Below are positions 28,978 through 38,124 of a stretch of 53,074 nucleotides of DNA, in pieces. Below the pieces are notes generated by a model, which was not told the DNA's origin, searched no databases, and worked only from the letters and a program-made list of their open reading frames with translations. Every line of letters starts with the position of its first letter. The stretch's first letter is position 1. Made by a program: the position numbers and the translations under genes. The DNA lies in NCBI GenBank assembly GCA_040220235.1, contig JAVJTO010000083.1; one strand, 5' to 3'. This DNA comes from Coleofasciculus sp. B1-GNL1-01 (GTDB lineage: Bacteria; Cyanobacteriota; Cyanobacteriia; Cyanobacteriales; Coleofasciculaceae).

Positions 28978-30678
28978 ATGATTTCTGAAATGCGTTCATT
29001 TTTCAGCCAGCATCCCGTAGGTAAGGGAATCATGGCGTTTGGCGGTACAGTTGTTCTTACGAGTGTGGTGGTGACAGGGGTGATTGTGGGACTGCGACAG
29101 TTGGGGGCTTTAGAAGGAGCTGAACTGGACGCTTACGACCAACTCGTGCGATCGCGTCCAGAATCAGTGCCAAGCGATCGCGTCTTAGTCGTGGGGATTA
29201 GCGAAGAGGATATCCGAAACTATAACCAGTTTCCGATAACGGATGCCACATTAGCAACGGTACTCAAGAAACTAGCAGACTATCAACCCCGTGCGATCGG
29301 GATTGACATTGGACGGGATGTGCCGATTGGTGAAGGTCGTGAGGATTTAATTCAGGTTATTGAGCAAAACGATAACATGGTCGCCGCCTGCGTCATGAGT
29401 TCTGCGACTGAACCCGGAACGCCACCCGCCCCCGGCGTTCCCCCAGAACGGGTTGGTTTTGCGGATATGCAGCTTGATCAAGATCAAGTCATTCGCCGCA
29501 CAGCGTTAGTTTCATTTCCTCCGTTTGTGGAACCACTCCCAGAAAATCCCCATCTGTGTCAAGATCCGGATAGCCTCCTCTATTCCTTACCGTTTCGGTT
29601 AGCTACGTCATATCTAGAACAAGAGGGAATCGAAGAAGAATTAACCACCCCAGAGGAATTCATCAAGTTGGATTCCACGATATTCCTTCCTCTAGAAGAG
29701 CAATCCGGTAACTATAGTTACACAGGTGCATTTGACTACCAAATCATGATCAATTGGTCAGGTGAAAATGCCATTGAGCAAGTAACCCTGACTGATGTCT
29801 TAGAAGACAACATTGATCCTAATCTTGTCACAGACCGAGTGGTTTTGGTCGGGTACACCGCCAGCACAGCCAATGATGATTTTGCCACACCCTTTAGTGC
29901 AGCTGCTCAGGATCGAGTGTTAATGCCTGGGGTGGTTCTTCACGCCCAAGTTGTCAGTCAAATCCTGAGTACCGTTTTAGAGGGTCGCCCCTTAATTTGG
30001 TATTGGTCTCAAGGAACTGAAATCCTCTGGATTTTTCTCTGGTCCGTTGTTGGCGGAACCCTGGCTTGGAAAATTCGCCGCCCTTGGATTCTGATTCCCG
30101 TTGCGATTGTAGCGGGTGGTGTTTTGTATGGTATTTCCTATGCTGTATTTGTCCAGCAGGCGGGATGGATACCGTTAGTTCCGCCAACCATCGGGTTAGC
30201 CTTAACCACCTTTAGCGTTGTCATTATTGACCGCTACGGTCAAGTTGTGGCTAAAACAGTTAAAAAACTACTGAGAATCAACATTGAAATTGACGAAACT
30301 CAAAGAGAAGAGCAGGTTAACCAAGTTGTCAACACTGATACCTTTCAAGACTTGCAAATTAAAGCACAAGAACTCAAGAAGCGCCGCGACATTACCAAGA
30401 AAACAACTTCTAGTAATACAATCAAAGATCGAGTATTAGTCGATTGGGAAGAGGCTCCAGAACTCGGTCAATATCAACAATTACTGCAACGAGCGAGAGT
30501 ATTAAGACATAAGCTCAATCGGGTCGAAGATCAACGGGACGAGATTGAAGAGACTGATCATTCGACGAACGGGTCTTCTGGAACCATGCCAACTGTTAAA
30601 AGACAAGCATTTAACCCAGAAGACGAAAGTTATCTCTCGCAATTACAAAGTCGGGGAAGACGGATGAGAAACCGATAA
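28978..30678 (+). CDS. CHASE2 domain membrane sensor with no catalytic output domain
   Basis: ELDAYD, VLVVGISEEDI, AIGIDIGRD, VGFAD, RVVLVG, MPGVVLHAQ, three TM segments; AGGAGG RBS before ATG 28978. Confidence 0.88.
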   Translation: MISEMRSFFSQHPVGKGIMAFGGTVVLTSVVVTGVIVGLRQLGALEGAELDAYDQLVRSRPESVPSDRVLVVGISEEDIRNYNQFPITDATLATVLKKLADYQPRAIGIDIGRDVPIGEGREDLIQVIEQNDNMVAACVMSSATEPGTPPAPGVPPERVGFADMQLDQDQVIRRTALVSFPPFVEPLPENPHLCQDPDSLLYSLPFRLATSYLEQEGIEEELTTPEEFIKLDSTIFLPLEEQSGNYSYTGAFDYQIMINWSGENAIEQVTLTDVLEDNIDPNLVTDRVVLVGYTASTANDDFATPFSAAAQDRVLMPGVVLHAQVVSQILSTVLEGRPLIWYWSQGTEILWIFLWSVVGGTLAWKIRRPWILIPVAIVAGGVLYGISYAVFVQQAGWIPLVPPTIGLALTTFSVVIIDRYGQVVAKTVKKLLRINIEIDETQREEQVNQVVNTDTFQDLQIKAQELKKRRDITKKTTSSNTIKDRVLVDWEEAPELGQYQQLLQRARVLRHKLNRVEDQRDEIEETDHSTNGSSGTMPTVKRQAFNPEDESYLSQLQSRGRRMRNR

Positions 30679-30681
30679 ACG

Positions 30682-30840
30682 ATGAACCAGGAACAACGAA
30701 CGATTCTCTTAAAACTTGCTGCCAAAGTATCTCAAGATCCTTTACTAATGCGGAAAGTCAGCGAACAAGTGTATCAGCTAATGCAAGAGGATTTACGCAA
30801 GCAACGCGAACGCCATAAAAACTACAGAGGATTACTATAA
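30682..30840 (+). CDS. Small 52-aa helical protein (below the ORF-track cutoff)
   Basis: MNQEQRTILLKLAAKVSQDPLLMRKVSEQVYQLMQEDLRKQRERHKNYRGLL*; starts 3 bp after the CHASE2 stop and abuts the next ATG. Confidence 0.75.
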   Translation: MNQEQRTILLKLAAKVSQDPLLMRKVSEQVYQLMQEDLRKQRERHKNYRGLL

Positions 30841-31359
30841 ATGGCTGACAACGGTAATATCACCCACGAACTCAACTACGTCACCGCTAATCGATTTTAT
30901 ATCGAAATCGAAAGTCAGATTACGGCTTCATTTAGTGAGTGTTCTGGGTTAGGAGTTCAGATTGATAAAGAAGTTTATTTTGAAGGAGGAGTTAACGAAC
31001 AACAACGCATCTTTCTCAAGCAAGCCAAATTTGATGATGTTACCCTGAAGCGGGGGATTACCGAAGATTTAGTGTTTTGGGATTGGATTAACAAGACGCT
31101 CAATCCTGGTAAAAAAGAACGACGTAATGTCAACATCTTGGTCTTTAATCAAGCCGGAGAAACCATGCAATGTTGGACATTAATTGGTGCGGTTCCAGTC
31201 GGTTGGAAAACGCCAGCTTTACAAGCGAGTTCTAGTACCGTAGCGATTGAGGAATTAACGCTTGCCTACGAAGGCTTAAAGGTTGTCGCCGAGCAAGGTG
31301 GCGGCGGTGCCAGTACCAATTTACAACGGGCTAGCACTGGCTATTTCCCCAGCAACTAA
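30841..31359 (+). CDS. T4 gp19-like tail tube protein (contractile injection system type)
   Basis: NRFYIEI, FSECSGL, YFEGGVN, VTLKRG, FWDW, WTLIGAVPVGW, VAIEELTLAYEGL. Confidence 0.92.
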   Translation: MADNGNITHELNYVTANRFYIEIESQITASFSECSGLGVQIDKEVYFEGGVNEQQRIFLKQAKFDDVTLKRGITEDLVFWDWINKTLNPGKKERRNVNILVFNQAGETMQCWTLIGAVPVGWKTPALQASSSTVAIEELTLAYEGLKVVAEQGGGGASTNLQRASTGYFPSN

Positions 31360-31682
31360 CTAGGTCAGTCGGTGGGAAAAGGTAAAGTTAATAGTGAGAA
31401 TCGTCATTTGTCATTTGTCATTTGTAAGGGTTTGAGGAATATTGACAAAAGTTTGGTATTTCCACCAACCTACTTAGAGACGTGCCATGGCACGTTTTGA
31501 AGGACAGGTTTAGGAAGAATGTCACTGACTTAAGGCTGGTGGGCAATGCCCACCCTACGGTATATCAAGGGTTTTGGTTCTCCCTAAATGAAATGCTTAT
31601 TTTAGTGCCATTCGGTTTAGGAATGTTCGTGATAATTGTACCTCAAACTTGCTCTGACTAAATTTTAAGCTTCAAAGAATTG

Positions 31683-32657
31683 ATGAAATTTTCAGAACTA
31701 TCACTGGGGATAAAAAAGCCATTACTGTCGGCTAAACCTCTTGGACAAATGCCCAGTAAATTGCCCACTCTAGGGCTATTGGCTAACTCAAATGTTCATA
31801 ACTTAGACATACTTTCTTCCACGGGTAGAACTGTATTAGCGGCTATCTCTCAAAAAAGGGAAAAAGAATCTGTAAAGTTGGCAGAAAATGCTCAAGCTAA
31901 CGATGGCGTTGGATTGAGGAACGACACCCAACGGTCAACTATTCCCAGAAGCTGGGTTTCTGGTGAGGACAACAACGAAATATCGGCATTTTACCCAAAG
32001 GTTAATCAAGCCAAATCTTTTCCACAACTTCCTTTGAGTTGGCAAGACTTAAACACCATAATTTCTTTAGGTCAATTTCATAGTTTAGGTCGGTCTTCGC
32101 TTCAATCTTTGCAGGTGTTAAACCTTACTTTTGAAACTTCAATTAATCAGGAATTAGGTGAATTGTCCTTAAGTCGTTCTGAGAATGATCAGAATCGTTT
32201 ACCTGAGTCAAGTTTCTCACGATTGAACTCAATCTCTTTAGACAAGAGTCATTCAGATTTAAATTTAGATAGTCAATCCTCTAGTCAAACTACACCAACC
32301 TCTTGGGAGAGTTTGGCTGAATTAATTGGCGAGGATAGTTCGGTTTCTAGTCAGGATAGCGATGATGAAGATATCGAAGGGTTCATGTTTACTCCAGAAG
32401 GATTTCGTCCCATTTATGCTAATCCAATAAAAACATCTGGTGATGGGGCGGATTCAATTGAAGCGGAAGCAAAAACAGTTTCTGAAACCTATCAAACTCC
32501 TAAAGTAACGGTTCAACCTTCATCAACAGTCGTTCCCTCCTCCCAATCAAACGAACCGGAACTCGTCAGTGAATCTAATTTGCGGATGTTGGCACAGGAA
32601 GTCTACAAGTTAGTCCGACAGCGGTTGCAAATTGAGCGAGAACGTTATCGTCGTTAA
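31683..32657 (+). CDS. Ser-rich low-complexity protein with C-terminal LAQEVYKLVRQRLQIERER helix (eCIS-associated, plug-like)
   Basis: Follows the tube gene; terminal helix resembles that of the 52-aa ORF. Confidence 0.65.
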   Translation: MKFSELSLGIKKPLLSAKPLGQMPSKLPTLGLLANSNVHNLDILSSTGRTVLAAISQKREKESVKLAENAQANDGVGLRNDTQRSTIPRSWVSGEDNNEISAFYPKVNQAKSFPQLPLSWQDLNTIISLGQFHSLGRSSLQSLQVLNLTFETSINQELGELSLSRSENDQNRLPESSFSRLNSISLDKSHSDLNLDSQSSSQTTPTSWESLAELIGEDSSVSSQDSDDEDIEGFMFTPEGFRPIYANPIKTSGDGADSIEAEAKTVSETYQTPKVTVQPSSTVVPSSQSNEPELVSESNLRMLAQEVYKLVRQRLQIERERYRR

Positions 32658-32792
32658 GTTTTTTTATAAGATGCAATTATAAACCATGATTATTGAAACA
32701 AAAATAATCTATAAATGATACTTAAATTGGATTAAATACCTCCGTCTCTATAGAGGAAAGCAGATAAAAATGGTAAAACTAAGGAAAATAAA

Positions 32793-33524
32793 ATGGCTCA
32801 ACTCAGTAAATATCGTTTAAATTCAAAGCTAAAACTGGTACTAATCGGGGGTTTAGTCGTTCTTCTGATTATTGCCAACAAACATTTCGACATTCGGGAA
32901 CTTTTGCAAACCACCTTACATTGGGTGAAAACTCTTGGTATCTTAGCGCCCATTATATATATAATCATCTACAACCTAGCAACAGTACTATTTATTCCGG
33001 GTTCTCTCTTGACCTTAAAAGGAGGTTGCTTGTTTGGCTTGTTTTGGGGTTCAATCTATGTCACGATTGCGGCAATGTTTGGAGCCATTTTTGCTTTTTT
33101 AATTGGACGCTATCTTTCGCGGGATTGGGTTTGTAAACAACTTGAAAATCATCCCAAATTCAAAGCGATTAATCAAGCGGTGAAGAGAGAAGGATGGAAA
33201 ATTGTCCTGCTGACTCGCCTTTCTCCTATCTTTCCGTTTAACCTACTCAATTACCTATTTGGTGTTACCCAAGTTTCTATCAAAGACTATGTTGTGGGTT
33301 CTATTGGCATGATTCCAGCCACCTTGGTATACGTTTACATCGGTTCCCTGGCTAGCAATTTAGCCGCCGTTAATATGTCTAATCAACCCACCACGCAGGA
33401 AACTCAAATCGCTAAATGGGTGATTCGGATCATTGGCTTAATTGCGACAATTGTCGTAACAGTCTACCTCACCCATCTTGCCAAGAAAGCTTTAGATGAA
33501 ACTGTTGTACAGGAAGAAGTCTAA
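32793..33524 (+). CDS. TVP38/TMEM64 (DedA/VTT) membrane protein
   Basis: LFIPGSLLTL.GG.LFG, LLTRLSPIFPFNLLNY.FG.T. Confidence 0.92.
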   Translation: MAQLSKYRLNSKLKLVLIGGLVVLLIIANKHFDIRELLQTTLHWVKTLGILAPIIYIIIYNLATVLFIPGSLLTLKGGCLFGLFWGSIYVTIAAMFGAIFAFLIGRYLSRDWVCKQLENHPKFKAINQAVKREGWKIVLLTRLSPIFPFNLLNYLFGVTQVSIKDYVVGSIGMIPATLVYVYIGSLASNLAAVNMSNQPTTQETQIAKWVIRIIGLIATIVVTVYLTHLAKKALDETVVQEEV

Positions 33525-33525
33525 C

Positions 33526-33616
33526 GGGTGCATGTCAACTTTGTAGGTTGGGTTGAGGGACGAAACCCAACTTATCCGGTTAACTGGGGTATTGCGGGCA
33601 AACCTGACATGCTCCC
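33526..33616. mobile_element. MITE-like element with GGG(T/A)GCATGTCA ends
   Basis: GGGTGCATGTCA...TGACATGCTCCC; internal REP GTTGGGTT...AACCCAAC. Confidence 0.6.
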
Positions 33617-33756
33617 AAGTCTAACCCACTGCAACCAGAAATAACTAATTTTAGTATTGGATGTTTTAACTTAATGAAGAGGAAATAATTTGACTATGAC
33701 CGAAAATTTTTACTCGTCTTTAACTCCCTCATTTTTCTCCGAGATATGCGGCTCAG

Positions 33757-34100
33757 TTTCTCCCCCAAAACAAACATCTAAATAACTTTCCTGGAGAGAG
33801 TTCAACGGGACTTCTACCGAATTATTTCGTCTTTGGGTATACCTGCTCAATCCCCCAAACGTCGTGGTTATTCACCTGGAAGAATTAAAGGTGAAAAAAA
33901 AGAGCTGAGAACCCGCCATCAAGTTATCAAAAAACAGCCACCTTGTAAAAACCAAAAGAGTCAAGTCTCCTAAGCTTTACTCTGTAACCTTCTAAATCCG
34001 GTATTTCTGAGCTTTTCTTCGAGCTGAGATAGAGAAGCTATTGTCTCTTGCTTTATTTGCGTATTAGTTACGCAAATACTTCGATTTTGTCCAAAGTCCA
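33757..34100 (+). mobile_element. 3' remnant of a cyanobacterial IS (transposase C-terminal fragment plus probable right end)
   Basis: 33797-33973 translates RVQRDFYRIISSLGIPAQSPKRRGYSPGRIKG...RTRHQVIKK*, a recognisable cyanobacterial transposase tail; TTGTCCAAAGTCCA at 34087-34100. Confidence 0.65.
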
Positions 34101-34103
34101 AAA

Positions 34104-34775
34104 CTAGGTATAAACGATGTTAAGTTGATCGACTACATCCACCACACCAGTAGTATAGATAGCCGCGTTATAGGCAGATCGCCACGCCGCCCAATTGGGA
34201 ACATTACCTCCCAAGATCACAGTGCCATTTTCTACAGCCACCGTGACATCCTCAACATTGACATGAGAATTTCTGGCTAGGGCGGCTTCAATATCTCTAG
34301 CGATTACCTGATCAAGCAGTTTATCGGTCAGAACCACCCCAAGTTCGTTAATTACATCGATGACACCCGCAATCCCATAAGCATCCTGTTCCGCTTGATA
34401 TTTCTTCCAATAAGCATCCACAGTACCTCGGAGAGTAACCACTCCAGAGGTAACACTGACTTCTATGTTCGCCGAATCAATATCAGGTTCCCAAACTAAG
34501 ACAGCGTTTACACTCGATGCAATTTCGCTGTCCGGGGGAACTGTTACCGCAGGTGGATATTTTACCTGGAGTTGGTTATCTACTTTCTGAATTCCCGATA
34601 CCACCCAAGCGTCTTCTGCTGCTGCCATTTTGGCGCGGTAACTGGGTACATTGCCTCTCAGGATAGCTTTACTATCTTCAATCGTAATCTCAATATCTGC
34701 GGCTGGCACGCGCCCATCCCAGCGGATTTGATCTTTAACTCTAGTGCCAAGTTCTTGATCTGTCATGAAAACCAT
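34104..34775 (-). CDS. BON domain protein (three BON repeats, OsmY-like)
   Basis: Three repeats of I.V.V..G.V.L.G.V...A......GV..V.N.L; GAGGTG RBS before ATG 34775. Confidence 0.88.
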   Translation of the reverse strand: MVFMTDQELGTRVKDQIRWDGRVPAADIEITIEDSKAILRGNVPSYRAKMAAAEDAWVVSGIQKVDNQLQVKYPPAVTVPPDSEIASSVNAVLVWEPDIDSANIEVSVTSGVVTLRGTVDAYWKKYQAEQDAYGIAGVIDVINELGVVLTDKLLDQVIARDIEAALARNSHVNVEDVTVAVENGTVILGGNVPNWAAWRSAYNAAIYTTGVVDVVDQLNIVYT

Positions 34776-35095
34776 ACCTATCACCTCAAATCGCCATTTG
34801 GTTTTAACGGAATCTAACTCATATTGAAATAGCCGACACCCCCACTTCATCTTGGTATTTGTTCCCCTTGGCTTTCCTCTTTCTAAAGGGGTAGATATGA
34901 TTCTCAAAGTAGGGGGGAAAGTTCCCTCCCCTTGGCAAGGGGAGGGTTAGGGTGGGGTCAGATCAAGGTAAAGGTATTGGAGATGTATTCCGTCTCAAGA
35001 CTGACGTTATTGCCGGGTTCGATTCTTTAAGATTATCGTAAACTCCCCTAAATCTATTATTTTGTTCAACTTGTAGATATCATCACTATCGGATT

Positions 35096-35611
35096 ATGTC
35101 TTATCTGATTGCCGTATTGCCCAATCGAACCCAAGCAGAAGCGGCTTCCTCTGCCTTAGTTAAAAATGGTCTATCAACGACTCAGATTAGTATCCTAGGC
35201 GAAGGCTATCAAAGTGCAGATGAATTTGGCTTGGTTGAACCCAATCAACAGGCGACTCAACAAATCATCCGTTTAGCCTATTGGCTGATTCCCTTTGGAT
35301 TTGTGGCTGGTTATGTCTTCAATGTCCTCACGGGTATCGCCATTTTTCCTGGTGCGAGTCGCCTACTCAATCACATTATCGCCGGAATTCTCGGCGCTAT
35401 TGCTGGAGCGCTGGGCGCTCTTTTGGTGGGCGGTGGCGTAGGTATCGCCATTGGTGGGGGTGATGCTCTGACGTATCGCAATCGCCTGAATGCAGGTAAA
35501 TATTTGATTGCGGTAAAAGCATCGGAGGATTTAATCCGCCAAGCTACTTCTGTGCTGCGCCAATTTGAACCCGAAGCGATTCAGGGGTATCAAGAGCCGA
35601 CTTCCGCCTAA
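35096..35611 (+). CDS. Hypothetical membrane protein (general-stress-protein-like, Gly-rich TM hairpin)
   Basis: AEAA...L...G..QISILG.GY, Gly-rich TM region, YRNRLNAGKYLIAV. Confidence 0.7.
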   Translation: MSYLIAVLPNRTQAEAASSALVKNGLSTTQISILGEGYQSADEFGLVEPNQQATQQIIRLAYWLIPFGFVAGYVFNVLTGIAIFPGASRLLNHIIAGILGAIAGALGALLVGGGVGIAIGGGDALTYRNRLNAGKYLIAVKASEDLIRQATSVLRQFEPEAIQGYQEPTSA

Positions 35612-35796
35612 GTCGAATAGTTCGGAAGTTAGAAATCCTAGTTCTCTCCTGCGACAGAAGCACTTTTTCGGCTCTTTGTTTACAGTTAAGTTCAGTAATA
35701 AAGATTTGGGTTACTCAATTAACGCCGAGAGCCAATGACTTATGGTTGGTGAATCGGTGAGTATCCCTGAATTGATAATGAGAAGGATGAACACGT

Positions 35797-36369
35797 ATGA
35801 CAGCTACACAAACAAAAAATAAACTTTATGATATCGACAAGATCCGCCAGCAGGCGCGTCAGTCTATTGAAGAGGGAGCCGTTACTGAAGATTATCCCCT
35901 AGACCGCGAACAAGCTTGTCAGTTTCTCAACGAAGCGCTAGCCACGGAAATTTTATGTGTAATGCGCTACCGTCACCATCAGGTTATTGCTAAGGGAATT
36001 AATTATCCTCAAGTTGCGGCGGAGTTTGCAGAACATGCCGAGCAAGAACAAGAACATACGATGATGCTCGCCGAGCGGATTGATCAGCTTGGGGGTGATC
36101 CCGATTTTAATCCGGCGACAATCATGGAGCGCTCATCTACGGAGTATGGTAGCACGGGTGCCAATATTGAGTTGACTCAATTGATCAAAGAGGATTTAGT
36201 CGCCGAGCGGATTGCGATTGAAGTTTACCGCAAGTTAGTTGGCTTTTTTGGTCATGCTGATCCCACAACTCGTCATATTGTGGAAAGCATTCTGGAAGAT
36301 GAAGAAGATCACGCCAGTGAACTGGCTGATCTGTTAGCGGCTATCGATCCCAGAAATAAACCCAGCTAA
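35797..36369 (+). CDS. Ferritin-like (bacterioferritin family) protein
   Basis: LNEALATE, EQEQEH, AERIDQLGG, DLVAERIAI..Y, DEEDH di-iron ligands. Confidence 0.9.
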   Translation: MTATQTKNKLYDIDKIRQQARQSIEEGAVTEDYPLDREQACQFLNEALATEILCVMRYRHHQVIAKGINYPQVAAEFAEHAEQEQEHTMMLAERIDQLGGDPDFNPATIMERSSTEYGSTGANIELTQLIKEDLVAERIAIEVYRKLVGFFGHADPTTRHIVESILEDEEDHASELADLLAAIDPRNKPS

Positions 36370-36613
36370 TTAATTGGTTCTATTGGGCGTGCGATCGATC
36401 GCGCCACTTCAGGTAAAAGGTATCCCGTGCTACCAGAATCACTGACTGGGGGCGGGATTCTTCCTTGATGCCCAAAATAGTTCTGTATTTAGCATTACAG
36501 GCTAACTTAACTTAATGTTCATTCTTTAGATAGAAGAAATTGCCTCACTGACATTGATAATCTTAAGCTCTGGAAGCCCAAATCCTCTAGCGTAGAGATG
36601 GCAAGATTGAGAA

Positions 36614-36985
36614 ATGCCATCCCTAATGAACAGGGTGTCAACAGCTCCAGCAACGGACTTACCAAAAAAGATGACTGGCTTTTGGAAAAAATATCAAAAT
36701 ACGTTTCTTGCTTCCTTAGAACGCTTAGGTTTAGCGTGGTGGTTGAAAATCGTCACAGATCATCCCCACTATACCTACTACTTTGGACCGTTTGGCAGTG
36801 GCAAGCAAGCCAAACTTTACCAATCCGGATATATCGAGGATTTACAGGAAGAAGGCTGTAAAATCAGCATGATTGAACTGAAGCAAGGTCAACCCAAATT
36901 ACTCACCATTTCGGAAAATGAACCTGCCGATAATTTTAAGAGCGGTATTCTTGATGTTCTCTATAATTCCAAGCTGTTTTCTTAA
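36614..36985 (+). CDS. DUF1816 family protein
   Basis: LAWWLKIVT..P.YTYYFGPF...GYIEDL.EEG...P..LTI. Confidence 0.85.
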   Translation: MPSLMNRVSTAPATDLPKKMTGFWKKYQNTFLASLERLGLAWWLKIVTDHPHYTYYFGPFGSGKQAKLYQSGYIEDLQEEGCKISMIELKQGQPKLLTISENEPADNFKSGILDVLYNSKLFS

Positions 36986-38124
36986 TCCGATTCCTAAAAC
37001 TCAATAATTTCAATGCTAATAGTTTTCCTCTATCCTGATTAAAGCGAAACGCTTCAGGGAAAAATTTCATCACCCCTGTATCAGCTATGATGGGGATTCG
37101 CGATCGCCTCACTATTTCTTGAGACGGCTCTAGCTAAAATTTCCTCAATCCTCTCCACCCAAACATTACCCAATTCTCTCGGTTCCAGGCGAATAATCGG
37201 GTCAGAAATAGCACCGCAGAGATGATCGGCTACAATAGTCGCGGCTCGGTTAACGTCTTCTATCACCTTCCTAGCAACCTTCCTACAGATAATCAAGATT
37301 ATCAAATAGTCTCCGTTAGTATTATTGAACAGGTGATTACCGATTCCTAGTGCAAGAAGGCAGAAATAATTGAGCCGCTAACATCTCCCCCAGCTTCCAG
37401 ACGAACCCCATTTATATAAGTAAAACTTTTAGGTTTGACGTTTACGTTTTAATAGTCTAAAGATAAGCGGAGTTCGGGCGGGCAGAAAATGCCCGGGGTA
37501 AATCCTGATTTGACCTGGGTTTGAGGATGTAGTATAACGTTACTGTTATACTGTATTGGGTTATTTTTGTGACCATTTTTAACTAACTATTCCTGAAACG
37601 CCTTGATACTGCGTTATTGGGTTCTCCCTAGCGCCGGAAAAATTGAAATACTACAATCATGTTCCATTACCCAATTTGATCGACTCATGCAGAGGCAGAT
37701 TTGACAAAAAAGTCGTTTCATGCATATTTCCCGGCTCAAAAGGGAATGGGAATGCAATTATCCACCCGTCATATCAAAGTTGTTCCCATCAGACAAACAA
37801 AATGTCATGTCGTTTTGCGCCAGAGAATTGAGGCAAGAGCCACCCAATTTGAGCGAATGGATTTGGCGCGATCGCACTCTGATGTAGTCGTCTAGTGAGT
37901 TGTGCGATCGCCCCTCTTATCCTTCAACATCACCCATTTTTTTGCCCATTTTCATCCCAATAGTCAAAACAGCCGCCAGACCTAGCCGACTCCATCTTTA
38001 CCGCCTGATTCTGGTATTGCCCAGCAACTGACAGATTGTAGTGCTACACTTCAGTGAAGACAATTACTCAGGGCTAGAACAAACAGAGTCAACACTAGGA
38101 ATAGGCTGGAGAGTCAGGCAAACC

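Noticed and set aside
30841..31359. Prophage
   Set aside because: No integrase, capsid, terminase or lysis genes; the tube type fits eCIS.
37081..37895. Small ORFs and palindrome GTATAAC-N6-GTTATAC (37532-37551)
   Set aside because: The ORF ending at 37081 could be a real small protein and the palindrome a TF site, but nothing in the sequence supports an assignment; the spacing does not fit NtcA.
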